This document shows, piece after piece, positions 52,190-64,000 of a stretch of DNA of 64,000 bases (positions within the stretch are counted from its first letter, which is position 1; each line of letters starts with the position of its first letter). This DNA is from Ranitomeya imitator (lineage: Eukaryota), in contig NC_091283.1 of the NCBI RefSeq assembly GCF_032444005.1, positions 571,392,001 through 571,456,000 on the forward strand. The letters are read 5' to 3'. Under the pieces are notes generated by a model. It did no database searches and was not told where the DNA came from. It worked only from the letters and a program-made list of their open reading frames with translations. The translations under genes and the position numbers were made by a program.

Positions 52190-53040
52190 TTTTACAAAAA
52201 CTGCCCTTACAAAAGTCTCTAATGATCTACTAACAACTACATGTAATGGTCACTACTCCCTGCTGGTTCTCCTGGATCTCTCTGCAGCATTCTACACTGT
52301 GGATCACCAGCTCCACCTTCCTACGCTCCTATTTATCTGTCTCAAAGAAACCGCGCTCTTACGGTTCTCCTCCTACCTCTCTGACCGCTCCTACAGTCTA
52401 TTACAACCCTGGCAAAAATTATGGAATCACCGGCCATGGAGGATGTTCATTCAGTAGCGCAGATCTCAATCCAATTGAAAATCTTTGGTGGAAGTTGAAG
52501 AAAATGGTCCATGACAAGGCTCCAACCTGCAAAGCTGATCTGGCAACAGCAGTCAGAGAGAGTTGGAGCCAGATTGATGAAGAGTACTGTTTGACACTCA
52601 TTATGTCCATGCCTCAGAGACTGCAAGCTGTTATAAAAGCCAGAGGTGGTGCAACTAAATACCAGTGATGTTGTGGAATGTTTTTTTGTTTGTTTTTCAT
52701 GATTCCATAATTTTTTCCTCAGAATTGAGTGATTCCATAATTTTTCCCCTATGCTTGGTTAAAAAAGTAACCATCACTGACTACCACATTTTTTGCTCTT
52801 GATTTCTTTTAGTGTTTCTTAAAGCCAGAAAGTTGCCATTTGAAATGACTTTAGTTTTGTGCCATGTCTGTGAACTGCTTTTTTTCTGCAAAATTAAACA
52901 ACTGAATGAACATCCTCCAAGGCCGGTGATTCCATAATTTTTGCCAGGGCTTGTAATTGCCGACTCTTCTTTCTCTCCGCTTCCTGCTGGGGTTCTTCAG
53001 CGCTCAGCCCTAGTCCCCCTTCTCTTCTCTTTGGGGGTCA
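52190..53040 (+). mobile_element. CR1/L2-type LINE RT fragment interrupted by a Tc1-derived MITE (52404..52953)
   Basis: Translates as KTALTKVSNDLL...LLVLLDLSAAFYTVDH. MITE ends are TA|CAACCCTGGCAAAAATTATGGAATC...GATTCCATAATTTTTGCCAGGGCTTG|TA. Confidence 0.75.
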
Positions 53041-53208
53041 TTCCATGATAACTTACGTTACATTCACAAGCCAAAAACTGGCTATGGACTGTTCTTTGAA
53101 GGCAAGCACAAAAAGGAGTGAATGTATATTGTACATTAAACTATTCTCAATAGATTTCAACACAGTTTTGTTTTTCAACAATAAAATTAAATACAAAATA
53201 CAGTGTTA

Positions 53209-55179
53209 GGCCATGTTCACACGATCCTTTTTTTCATGCGGAATTGCCGCGATTTTCCCGCTGCGGGTCCGCAGCTGTTTTCCATGCAGGGTACATTACA
53301 TTGTACCCTATGGAAAACAGGAACTGCTGTGCCCACAATGCGGAAAATAAAAAAAAAAAACCGCGCTGAATAGCTGCGGGAAAAAAGAAGTACCATGTCA
53401 CTTCTTTTTTCGGAGCCGCAGCGGTTCTGCACCCATTGACCTCCATTGTGAGGTCAAACCTGCAGTAAAACCCGCAGATGAAAAAAATATCTGCGGGTTT
53501 TACTGCGGTTTGTGGTGCAGAACCGCTGCAGCAGGAAGTGCGGGGAAGCGGGCGGAAGTGCGTGGGCGGAGTGTGGCTGCCCCCCCGTGCTCCGATCCCG
53601 CCCCCCGTGCTCCAATCCCACCGCCCCATGCTCCGATGCCCCCCCCAGTGCTCCGATGCCCCCCCCCCCGTGCCCTAATCTCCCCCCCTTATACTTACCC
53701 GGTGTCCGTCCGGCCGTCTTCTCCCTGGGCGCCGCCATCTTGCAAAATGGCGGGCGCATGCGCAGTGCGCCCGCCGAATCTGCCGGCCGGCAGATTCGTT
53801 CCAAAGTGCATTTTGACCACTGAGATATAACCTATCTCAGTGATCAAAATAAAAAAAAAATAGTAAATGACACCCCCCCCCCTTTGTCACCCCCATAGGT
53901 AGGGACAATAAAAAAAAATTAAGAATTTTTTTTTTTTTTTTCACTAAGGTTAGAATAGGGGTAGGGTTAGGGGTAGGGTTAGGGTATTTTCAGCCATTTT
54001 AACTGCATAGAAAACTGCATAAAAAAAAAGGATCAAAAAAAGGATCAAAAAACGCATCAAAAAAGGACAAAAAAAGGACCAAAAAAAGGACCTGCGTTTT
54101 CTGCCAAGAGCTGCAGTTTTTTAAAAAAGTATGTTCACACGTTCCTGATTTCCATCCTCTTTTTTTCAGGACTGTTTTTTAAAAAACTGCAGCTCTTGGC
54201 AGAAAACGCAGGTCCTTTTTTTTGGTCCTTTTTTTGGTCCTTTTTTTGTCCTTGTTTGATGCGTTTTTTGATGCGTTTTTTTATGCGTTTTTTGATCCTT
54301 TTTTTTTTTATGCAGTTTTCTATGCAGAGTCTGTGTGTTTTCTAGGAAGTTTTTTAGGGTTAAAATGGCTGAAAATACCCTACCCCTAACCCTAACCCTA
54401 CCCCTAACCCTACTACCCCTAACCCTATTCTAACCTTAGTGGGAAAAAAAAAAAAATTCTTAATTTTTTTTTATTGTCCCTACCTATGGGGGTGACAAAG
54501 GGGGGGTGTCATTTACTATTTTTTTTTTATTTTGATCACTGAGATAGATTATATCTCAGTGATCAAAATGCACTTTGGAACGAATCTGCCAGCCGGCAGA
54601 TTCGGCGGGCGCACTGCGCATGCGCCCGCCATTTTGCAAGATGGCGGCGCCCAGGGAGAAGATGGCCGGACGGACACCGGGACGTCGGGTAAGTATAAGG
54701 GGGGGGAGATTAGGGCACGGGGGGGGGCATCGGAGCACTGGGGGGGGGCATCGGAGCACGGGGCGGTGGGATTGGAGCACGGAGGGGGCGGGATCGGAGC
54801 ACGGGGGGGCAGCCACACTTCGCCCACGCACTTCCGCCCGCTTCCCCGCACTTCCTGCTGCAGCGGTTCTGCACCACAAACCGCAGTAAAACCCGCAGAT
54901 ATTTTTTTCATCTGCGGGTTTTACTGCGGGTTTGACCTCACAATGGAGGTCAATGGGTGCAGAACTGCTGCGGCTCCGAAAAAAGAAGTGACATGGTACT
55001 TCTTTTTTCCCGCAGCTATTCAGCGCGGCTTTTTTTTTTATTTTCCGCATTGTGGGCACAGCAGTTCCTGTTTTCCATAGGGTACAATGTAATGTACCCT
55101 GCATGGAAAACAGCTGCGGACCCGCAGCGGGAAAATCGCGGCAATTCCGCATGAAAAAAAGGATCGTGTGAACATGGCC
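53209..55179. mobile_element. 2-kb almost fully palindromic Harbinger-like element
   Basis: TTA|GGCCATGTTCACACGATCC...GGATCGTGTGAACATGGCC|TTA; the two arms of about 950 bp are reverse complements. Confidence 0.85.
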
Positions 55180-55499
55180 TTATTGCTTGGTAACTTACGT
55201 TACAGAAAAAGGAAAGGCAATTGTCCTTCATGAGTCTGCCAAAGTTTCTGTTCTGGTAAACGGGGGAGAAGCACTATTTTTATTGTATTAAAACACCATA
55301 GTTTCAGCAACTTTAACAAATTTATTTTAACCTCTCAAGTTAAACGCAACCGTTTTTATTACAAGAAATATAGATAACTTACGTTACCGCACAGTATAGT
55401 AACTCTCGTTACTAAGCTGATGGTAACTTACGTTACAATATGTAATATTCTCAGCGTCTACAATTTTAAGCGTGCACTAAAAACATGGACATAAGTTGA

Positions 55500-55751
<252 letters not shown>

Positions 55752-56728
55752 TGAGAAAATAGGAAAGGACACATTGTGGTAGCAGACGCTCAAGATTGGA
55801 CAGTTGTGAAGAACCAGACTGCATTATGTTACTTAGCAGGGGGATTTACACCTCATAATTGTGAGTTCTTAAAACCGCTGTTATCACAATTATCTTGCCA
55901 TGGAAACTGGCTGTCGGTGATGTATGAGCAAAACGTTTACCGATCGGCAGTTGTATCGTGCCACTGGTCAGTCCATGTAATTGGACCTTAGGGCTATGTT
56001 CAAACACGGGTGATTTTGGGTAAAGCTACACGGTCATGTGGTGCATGACAGCACTTCTCAGAAAAAATGGCAAATAAAAGAAAACCTGTGCAACTTTTCT
56101 GCAATTTACTTCTATTTTAGAGTTGTAATCTTGCTGTAAAAAAAAGTGGCCAAACCGCAGAGAAGTTGCATGCAAGTCGCATGTGACCTGCATTGAAATG
56201 AGTCACGTGCGATCAGCAAAAGGGAATCCAGCACATTTGGAAACATTTGCGACTCTACAAAATCGTTAGATCAGATGTCACAATGCAACATTGATAACTA
56301 AATTTACAGTAATTAAAAACTTTAATACAGGTGTCAGCGCTAATTCCATTATCTACATCCCATGCCATACTAAATATGTTTTACATTTTGCTATATACAT
56401 TTCTGCAAAAGGTGAGTTATTTAAAATTATACATTTTATTTCTTTATATTTTTGACATTTTTTTTTCCACTTTGTATTTGCCTGACACAGATCAGATCCA
56501 TTGATTTGGGCTAATTTTAATGGAGATCCATGATTCTGCAAACTGCATATCTGCAGCACTACCACAATGTCTGCCATATATCTTGTAGTTTATTGGGACC
56601 TGTGAGAACAACATATCCTTGTATTCAGGACCCTTGTCTGTCTAACCACTGATAACTTTTCATGGAGCAACTTACTATGGGGGGGAAGGAAAATATTGCA
56701 ATTTAATATACGGTAGACATGATTCTGA

Positions 56729-56911
<183 letters not shown>

Positions 56912-58249
56912 TAAGTACTAAGAGCAGACCACTACTTTAGGTTTTTTGTTATCATAATTGTAAATGAAAAAAAAAACAATTTAAAATAGGCTTTCCAGGC
57001 AGATTCTCATGTAGATCTGTGTCTTGTGGAAAAAAAAAAAAAAAAAAAACCTTAAAAAAATATTTTTTATTAAATATGATTAAAAAACATATTATATATT
57101 CATAAAGTGGAGTAAAAAATGCAGGGAAAGAATATCCCAAGGCTTGGCGTAAATCAAAAACAGTCTAGAGTGGAGTAGATTAGCCCATACAGACCCTTCC
57201 TTGCCACTGAGGTTGGCACCCTAAGGATTCTATATGGCGCCCCCGCTCAACGTAGGCTATCCCTATGTGACCCTACTATGACCTCTTAACAAAACCACCA
57301 CCATCCCCCAAATATACAGGTCTGAAATGCTTATAAATTAATTATGTCTGGCCATATACCCTTATGTAAGGAGAAATTTCATAAATTGCAGAGATATGCA
57401 ACAAAGTTACCTGATTTGTATTCAGGTGGACATAATGGGAGTGAGTCAAACCAATAACATACTCCTAAAAAAATTGAACTATTGAATGAGCAGAATGTTT
57501 ATAGATACCGTTCAATGTCTAGATCATCACCCATTCACTACGCTCTAAGCGTCCTTCCAGACCAACATAACACCAGACAGTATTAATATCAGCATCGCCA
57601 TGGATCCATGCATGGTCAAAATGTGATAAGTGTATCTTCTTCTCTCATTGTAGATATTCGGAAGCCCATCCCAATATGTTTAGTTTGAACGTTTATTTTA
57701 ATCTTGTAATAAAAGTTAATTTTAAGGGGTTTTTCTTATTGGTCGTTCACTCTAATATACTCCTTTTGATATACATAATAGGTTTATAGATCTGTGTCCG
57801 GCCCATAGATCTTAACTGCTCATTTGCATATAAAAAAATGAAGATTTCTTGGGAATAAAACATTGGATCACAGATATCACGATATCATTTTTTTCAAGTT
57901 CCTATGACTTACGTACTCAGACGGATTAAAAGAGCTAGTTCTTACTGAAAGATTCCCCTTAAGACTGGCGTTGCGCACACCACCCTTAATGAACTACTCG
58001 CTCGAGTACAATTTGGGTAATTCATTAAGCAGCATCTGTTAAGTGGCGAGCAGTGCCTCCAAAAATTTACTTCAGTCACTGACTGGAGTACATTGTTAGA
58101 GTAAGTTGCTCCACCAAAGTGGCGTAACGTATCACAATCTTGATTGGTGGGTGTAGCCAACTTCCGATCGATGCAAAAATGTTGAGACTTCTAAAGGTGT
58201 TTTATGCGAGAATTCTGGTTTAAACACCTTCATGAATTGTGCTCACATA

Positions 58250-59253
58250 CCGTATTTTTCAGACTATAAGACGCACCTAGGTTTTAGAGGAGGAAATTAG
58301 AAAAAAAAATGGAAGGAAAAATTGTTGTCAATTCTGTACTTAATATCTCCCATCCTGATATGCATGGCTGCCTTATCTCTATCCTGGTATAAAGAGCCCC
58401 CATCCTTATCCTGGTATGATTGGCCCCCTTCCTTGTATGCAGGAACTCATCCTTATGCTGGTATACATGGCCCCAATACCTATCCTGGTATGGCGGGACC
58501 TCATCTCCGTCCTGGTATGCATAGCTCCATCTTTGTCCTGGTATGATTGGCCCCATCTTTATCCTGGTATGCATGACCCCATCCTTATCCTGGTATGATT
58601 GGCCCACTTCCCCATCCTGGTATGCATGGCCCCACCAGGAAAACAAAAATTCTTACCTTCCCTGTCTGCCCTCGCAGCGTCCTGCTCCAGTGCCAGCAGC
58701 CGCTTTATGCTTGTAAGCAGCTTATGGCAGTGACGTCATGAGCTGTTCTCAAGCCGCTGAGGACAGCTGCCAGAATACTCACTGTTCTCCACGCCGAGAC
58801 TATGTGCGTGGAGCGCAGTGAGTATTCATTGCTCTTTAAAGAGCACAGTGTCAGCCGCAGGGTTCCGGCAGCTGCTGGGCTTTCATGTGTGCCACTACTA
58901 AAGGGAAGGAATGTTCATTGCCTTAAGTAGCCTGCACACTCGAACGCCAGGTAGCTGCAAGGAGCCGGCTGCTGCAGATAACACTGTAATCACTATTAAA
59001 GAGAAATTAATATTCACTCCTTTCCACACCCATAGGCATGGAATGGAGTGAATATTAATTTCTCTTTAGCAGCGGGCACAGTAGTTAGCTGCATCAGCCG
59101 GCTCCTGCCTCCGGTGACCCACTGCTCCGCCGCTGCCGCTTCCCCACCTCCCCACCACAGCCAGATTAGGGACATCCAGACTATAAGATGCACCCTCCCA
59201 TTTTCCTCCACATTTTGGAGGAAAAAGTTCATCTTATAGTCCGAAAAATACTG
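58250..59253. mobile_element. TcMar (pogo/Tigger-like) MITE
   Basis: TA|CCGTATTTTTCAGACTATAAGA...TCTTATAGTCCGAAAAATACTG|TA. Confidence 0.75.
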
Positions 59254-59640
59254 TAATCTAAAGTTTGACAGATGGGTAAAGACTCATGTCAGAGCCACAT
59301 GTGATCCTTGATAAGGCCATGGTTGTCCACACACAAGTCAAGAGTATACAGGAAAGAATTAGTGTTTCTTCATGTTGACTGCTGCATTGGGTATAGGGAC
59401 ATGAGCCCATATGCTGATACATTTTAGAGGTAATATTCGTTTAGCAAGACATATTTATTTAATCTAATGTATCAATATAAAAAGTGGAGGACAACGTTTC
59501 AGCCCTTTGCAGGATCTTCGTCAAGACCTTTATTGTATGGATAATGTGTCTTGGAAGGGCTCATACGTTGGCCTTCACTGCATATATGTATCTCAAAGAG
59601 GAAATAATGGATATTGAGTGTCTCGGCTAGATACTTAATC

Positions 59641-59897
59641 TTTAATTTTATAGAGCGCTAACATATTCTGCAGCGCTTTACAGTTTTGCACACATCATCA
59701 TCGCTGTCCCCGATGGAGCTCACAATCTAAATTCCCTATCAGTATGTCTTTGGAATGTGGGAGGAAACCGGAGAACCCGGAGGAAACCCACGCAAACACG
59801 GAGAGAACATACAAACTCTTTGCAGATGTTGTCCTTGATGGGGTTTGAACCCAGGACTCCAGCGCTGCAAGGCTGCTGTGCTAACCACTGCGTCACC
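59641..59897 (-). mobile_element. tRNA-derived SINE (V-SINE-like)
   Basis: The minus strand has an A-box (CAGTGGTTAGC), a B-box (GGTTCAAACCC) and a V-domain-like GTGGGTTTCCTCCGGGTTCTCCGGTTTCCTCCCAC. Confidence 0.8.
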
Positions 59898-60110
59898 ATA
59901 TATGTCAATATGCTTCACATATATTGTCTTTATGTCCTACAACGTAACACCAGAAATCCATTCTTCAGTGCTGACCACATTGCTCTCACATTTTAGATTT
60001 AAAGGCAATTTGGTTCATCTGAAACCCATGTGTAGCCCGCTGCGAGTATGAGAATGACATTGAGGAAATACGTAATAGTGTTACTGACAATGACTAATGC
60101 TTGTGCACAG

Positions 60111-60381
60111 GTACGATGATGCGGTCAGCAAGCATGCTTCTTGCTTGGACATTTCTCAAAAGCCATTCCAAATGGAAAATCAGCGCTTGCAGATGGCAGT
60201 TAATGCATTGAGGGCGCAGGTAGCAGAGGAACGGCAGCGGAAGGAGCGAGCAGAACAAGAGTACCAGGCTGTCATCCAGGAGTATGCAGAGCTGGAGCAA
60301 AGAGCTTGTGAGATGGAGAGCTGTAAGATGCGTATAAGAGAACTTGAGAACGAACTGCAGGAATTACAGCAAATGAAACAA
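60111..60381 (+). CDS. CDR2L: CDR2L coding exon 5 (YDDAVSK...ENELQELQQMKQ)
   Basis: 271 bp, CACAG acceptor, GTGAGT donor, phase fits exon 4. Confidence 0.93.
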
Positions 60382-60871
60382 GTGAGTACATTAAGGAGAA
60401 TGCATCATGTTAATCTGTAAGGCAGGGGTTACTGCAATTATACTGCAGCCTTGGGGTGAGTGTGTGGCTGTCACAAAAAAATCCAACGTGGTTGGATTTC
60501 TTGCATTCTTTAGAGTGTCTTTATAATAGGGTAGCATGCTCTATTTCTGCTTTACCATTTAAGAAGCCGACATAAATAAAATACGAGTCCTCAGAAAACC
60601 TAAAATGTTGTCAAGCGTCCCTGAGCTTGTTATTCATTCCAAGCGCCATTTGCTAGCTATACAATTATGAGGAAATTGCCTTTGATAACTCTCCCCCAGT
60701 GTACGCCTATGAACAAGGGCTGTAATCGTGTAAAGACAATTACCCAAAGACGAAAGGCAATCATGGATACAAAGAGGCCTTTGTGTCTAAATCCTGTGCA
60801 TAAATCACACAGACAATGGCTGTAGCCTAGAATTAATGATGTATTCTCAGCCTTCCTTCCATAGCATGTAG

Positions 60872-61498
<627 letters not shown>

Positions 61499-64000
61499 GA
61501 CCTTTCAGACCAAACTTCCAGTGTTGCTCGCACTAACCACCCCTGCACTCTTATGTATTCCTGACAGTTGCTAGTGGAGTACTCTTCTCACTGCCCATAG
61601 CAGACCCTCCTTTCTCAACACTTATGTACGGTGCCAGTATTCTGAATAAGCTTTGCTATGCACAGCCAATGCATTATTAATGTAGATGTGTATGATGTTA
61701 TTACTATAGCAGAGCTATATAAAGAAGAAAAAGGTAAGATCCGGAGCTCAGGTTGTCTTTAGACCTGTCTCATGGGTAATATTCACAGGTCTGACCTTTA
61801 CCCACCTTAGACCTGAAAAATGGTCCGGGGTATCCCAGTAAGAATTGGATGGTACGTAATGTACATCATTACCTATGACTTTTAGAAATTGACATGCATT
61901 AGTTCACTTTAAATTGGGGGATCACTAAGTTCTGGGCTACACCCCAACTTTTTTGTAGCGCCACTGCTTGATTTTAGCTAGTTGCCTACATCGGCTGTAG
62001 TCAAAAGTAGCACATTGAGTTGTATGCAATTGGCTGGACTGTGGCTGCCACTTAATGGTTAGAATCCATCAGTGGCGCTACAGAAAGTGGCATTGTATCC
62101 CAGGCCTAGTTGGTTATCATGTAGCTCCAGGTAGTATATAACACTAGGATATAAACAGTGGTGTCACTGTCGGCTTATTTATTTATTAACATTGCAGGTA
62201 TATACAGCACGCCTGTTCTGTGGCGCACATTTGGTATGAGAAGGATTTTGCAGAGATGATCCGCATCAGTATTGTAAAGCTCTGCAGAGTCTGTCTCTGC
62301 GCTCTGCTGCTACATGTATTGTCCGTTGTGTGTATGTACGCGTCTCCTTTCCAAATCCAGGTCGAACCCGTTTAATATTGCAACTACAAAAAGCAGCGAC
62401 TAGGACAAAATCTTGGCCATTTATACATTTTTTTTTTTTTATAAGCTTTAATTTTAAAGGGCAGGTATCGTAACCGTGATCTATCCGGTACAACATAAAG
62501 AGGGCCTGGCCCTGTCTCTTCTAATTCACAGTGTCTTTGGACCTGTCACTGTGACACATTACTGAGCAAACTACCAGAAATATATGAACATTATCGTCAT
62601 ATGATCACTCGATAAAAGCCATGCTTCCAGCACCCCAGCAGTAAAAGGATGCAACAGAGGTGCTGTGTAAGCCTAAAATTGTATGCAATACGATGGCGGT
62701 TTTTTTTGTTTTTTTTTTGCCCCAGAATTTTTTTCTGCTCTGAACAGCCACCGTAGGACCCTGCGTGCACATGCAAGTGTATCTATCTACTGCATGTATT
62801 GCACCTTCCCATGACCGTACCATACATTCATTCACTCAAACAACCCCATTTTCATAACTTTTTTTGGTGAATTGTGTTCATAGAGGGGCTTTCCAATTCA
62901 GGATCTTTGCCACAGAGCAATTAGCGCCTTTTGTCTGGAGACCCTGTCTGGTCCACACACATCCTATTGGATTAAATGGTCTCTGTGTAATGTTCCATTT
63001 TCCCCTGTGGGAAAATAGAACACTTTTTGCCAGGTTTTTTTTCCTGATTGCTGATGGTACCACACTTTGTGATAAGCGAAATGTCATATGACCCTAATGA
63101 CATCAATGGATTATCCAAAGTCAGAGACTGAGATTTCAGTTTGACCACAAAACTATGGAGCTATGAACAAGAAATATGTAATGTATTTTTCTTTGCCAGC
63201 TGATTTCTGAAATATCTGATATTTTAAGCAATCTTTTTGTTTTTTTTTACCATATTTATTTTGTGGACACATGTTGGGGTGATCCATTTGCTCAAGGTCA
63301 CATATAGAAATGTGAATAATTAACATTTATGTAACATGTAAATGCTCCGCTTTGGTGCTGAGTTGTCAAATCATACCCATCACTTGTTGTAAAGGGACCA
63401 GATATGATCCAGGTTTGTGTTACGTGTACTTTTAAACATTTTGAGCAGTTTTTTTCCAGATCTCATTTTTTATTAAAAATAAAAAACCTAAGTAAGCCTG
63501 CAATTTTCACGCTGGCATATTTTAAGCTCAAACTTCCTGACTTAAGAGTTTAGCGGAGGCTCCATATTATCATAGTCAGTACTACAATGACAAGTAACCT
63601 CTTTATACACAGCCGATAACACAGGATCCACCAATTACAATAGGTGATGCCACAGCTGATCCTGCTCCCTCATGACATTTGCGCAGGATCATTGGACACT
63701 TTAATAACAAAAAAAAACACCATTGTGGCTATGCACATGTATTGTTTCCTGAAACAGGAAGTATGAGTCTAAAAACAAAACAATGGCCAATGTGAAAATT
63801 GCAAGAGTTCTATGTTTTTTATTTTTCCTAAAGATTGTGATATGTAAAAAAAAAAAATTCCAAAGATTAATTTAGCACAAAAACCTATTTTTAACAGGTT
63901 CTTTTATGATTACACATTCCCTTGAAGCACCCATTTTGTCATAGACAAATTGATCCATGGTGCCTAGTTTTCTTATACAATACCTCCATGTATGCCCAAA

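Noticed and set aside
59840-59897. tRNA-like A and B boxes
   Set aside because: This is the head of a SINE; there is no full cloverleaf or acceptor stem.

Overview
Vertebrate, very likely anuran (frog), genomic DNA; the taxon is inferred from the gene content and the repeat families. Two conserved genes lie head-to-head across about 0.8 kb of GC-rich DNA. HID1 is on the minus strand: coding exons 1-6 are in the window, intron 1 is 35 kb, and the gene continues off the left edge. CDR2L is on the plus strand with a complete CDS (6 coding exons, 452 aa). The introns are packed with transposons: Tc1/mariner, Helitrons, Harbinger- and Kolobok-type MITEs, a TTAA-flanked element with about 390-bp internal repeats, a V-SINE and minisatellites. 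The most notable content is a Penelope-like (PLE)/hammerhead-ribozyme system inside HID1 intron 1, in three parts. (i) An 11-kb PLE with a 14-bp target-site duplication (TSD), nested in an otherwise intact Tc1. Its ORF1 and RT/GIY-YIG ORF overlap in the -1 frame, and a U_UUU_UUA slippery heptamer sits in phase 15 nt after the -1 frame opens, suggesting programmed ribosomal frameshifting. (ii) A 340-bp tandem retrozyme-like array with canonical minimal hammerheads, a 13-bp TSD and a precise internal inversion. (iii) A fold-back non-autonomous PLE with a U3-A8 variant hammerhead and a 13-bp TSD. All calls are by eye and from recalled family knowledge; no database searches were run, and degenerate TE boundaries are approximate.
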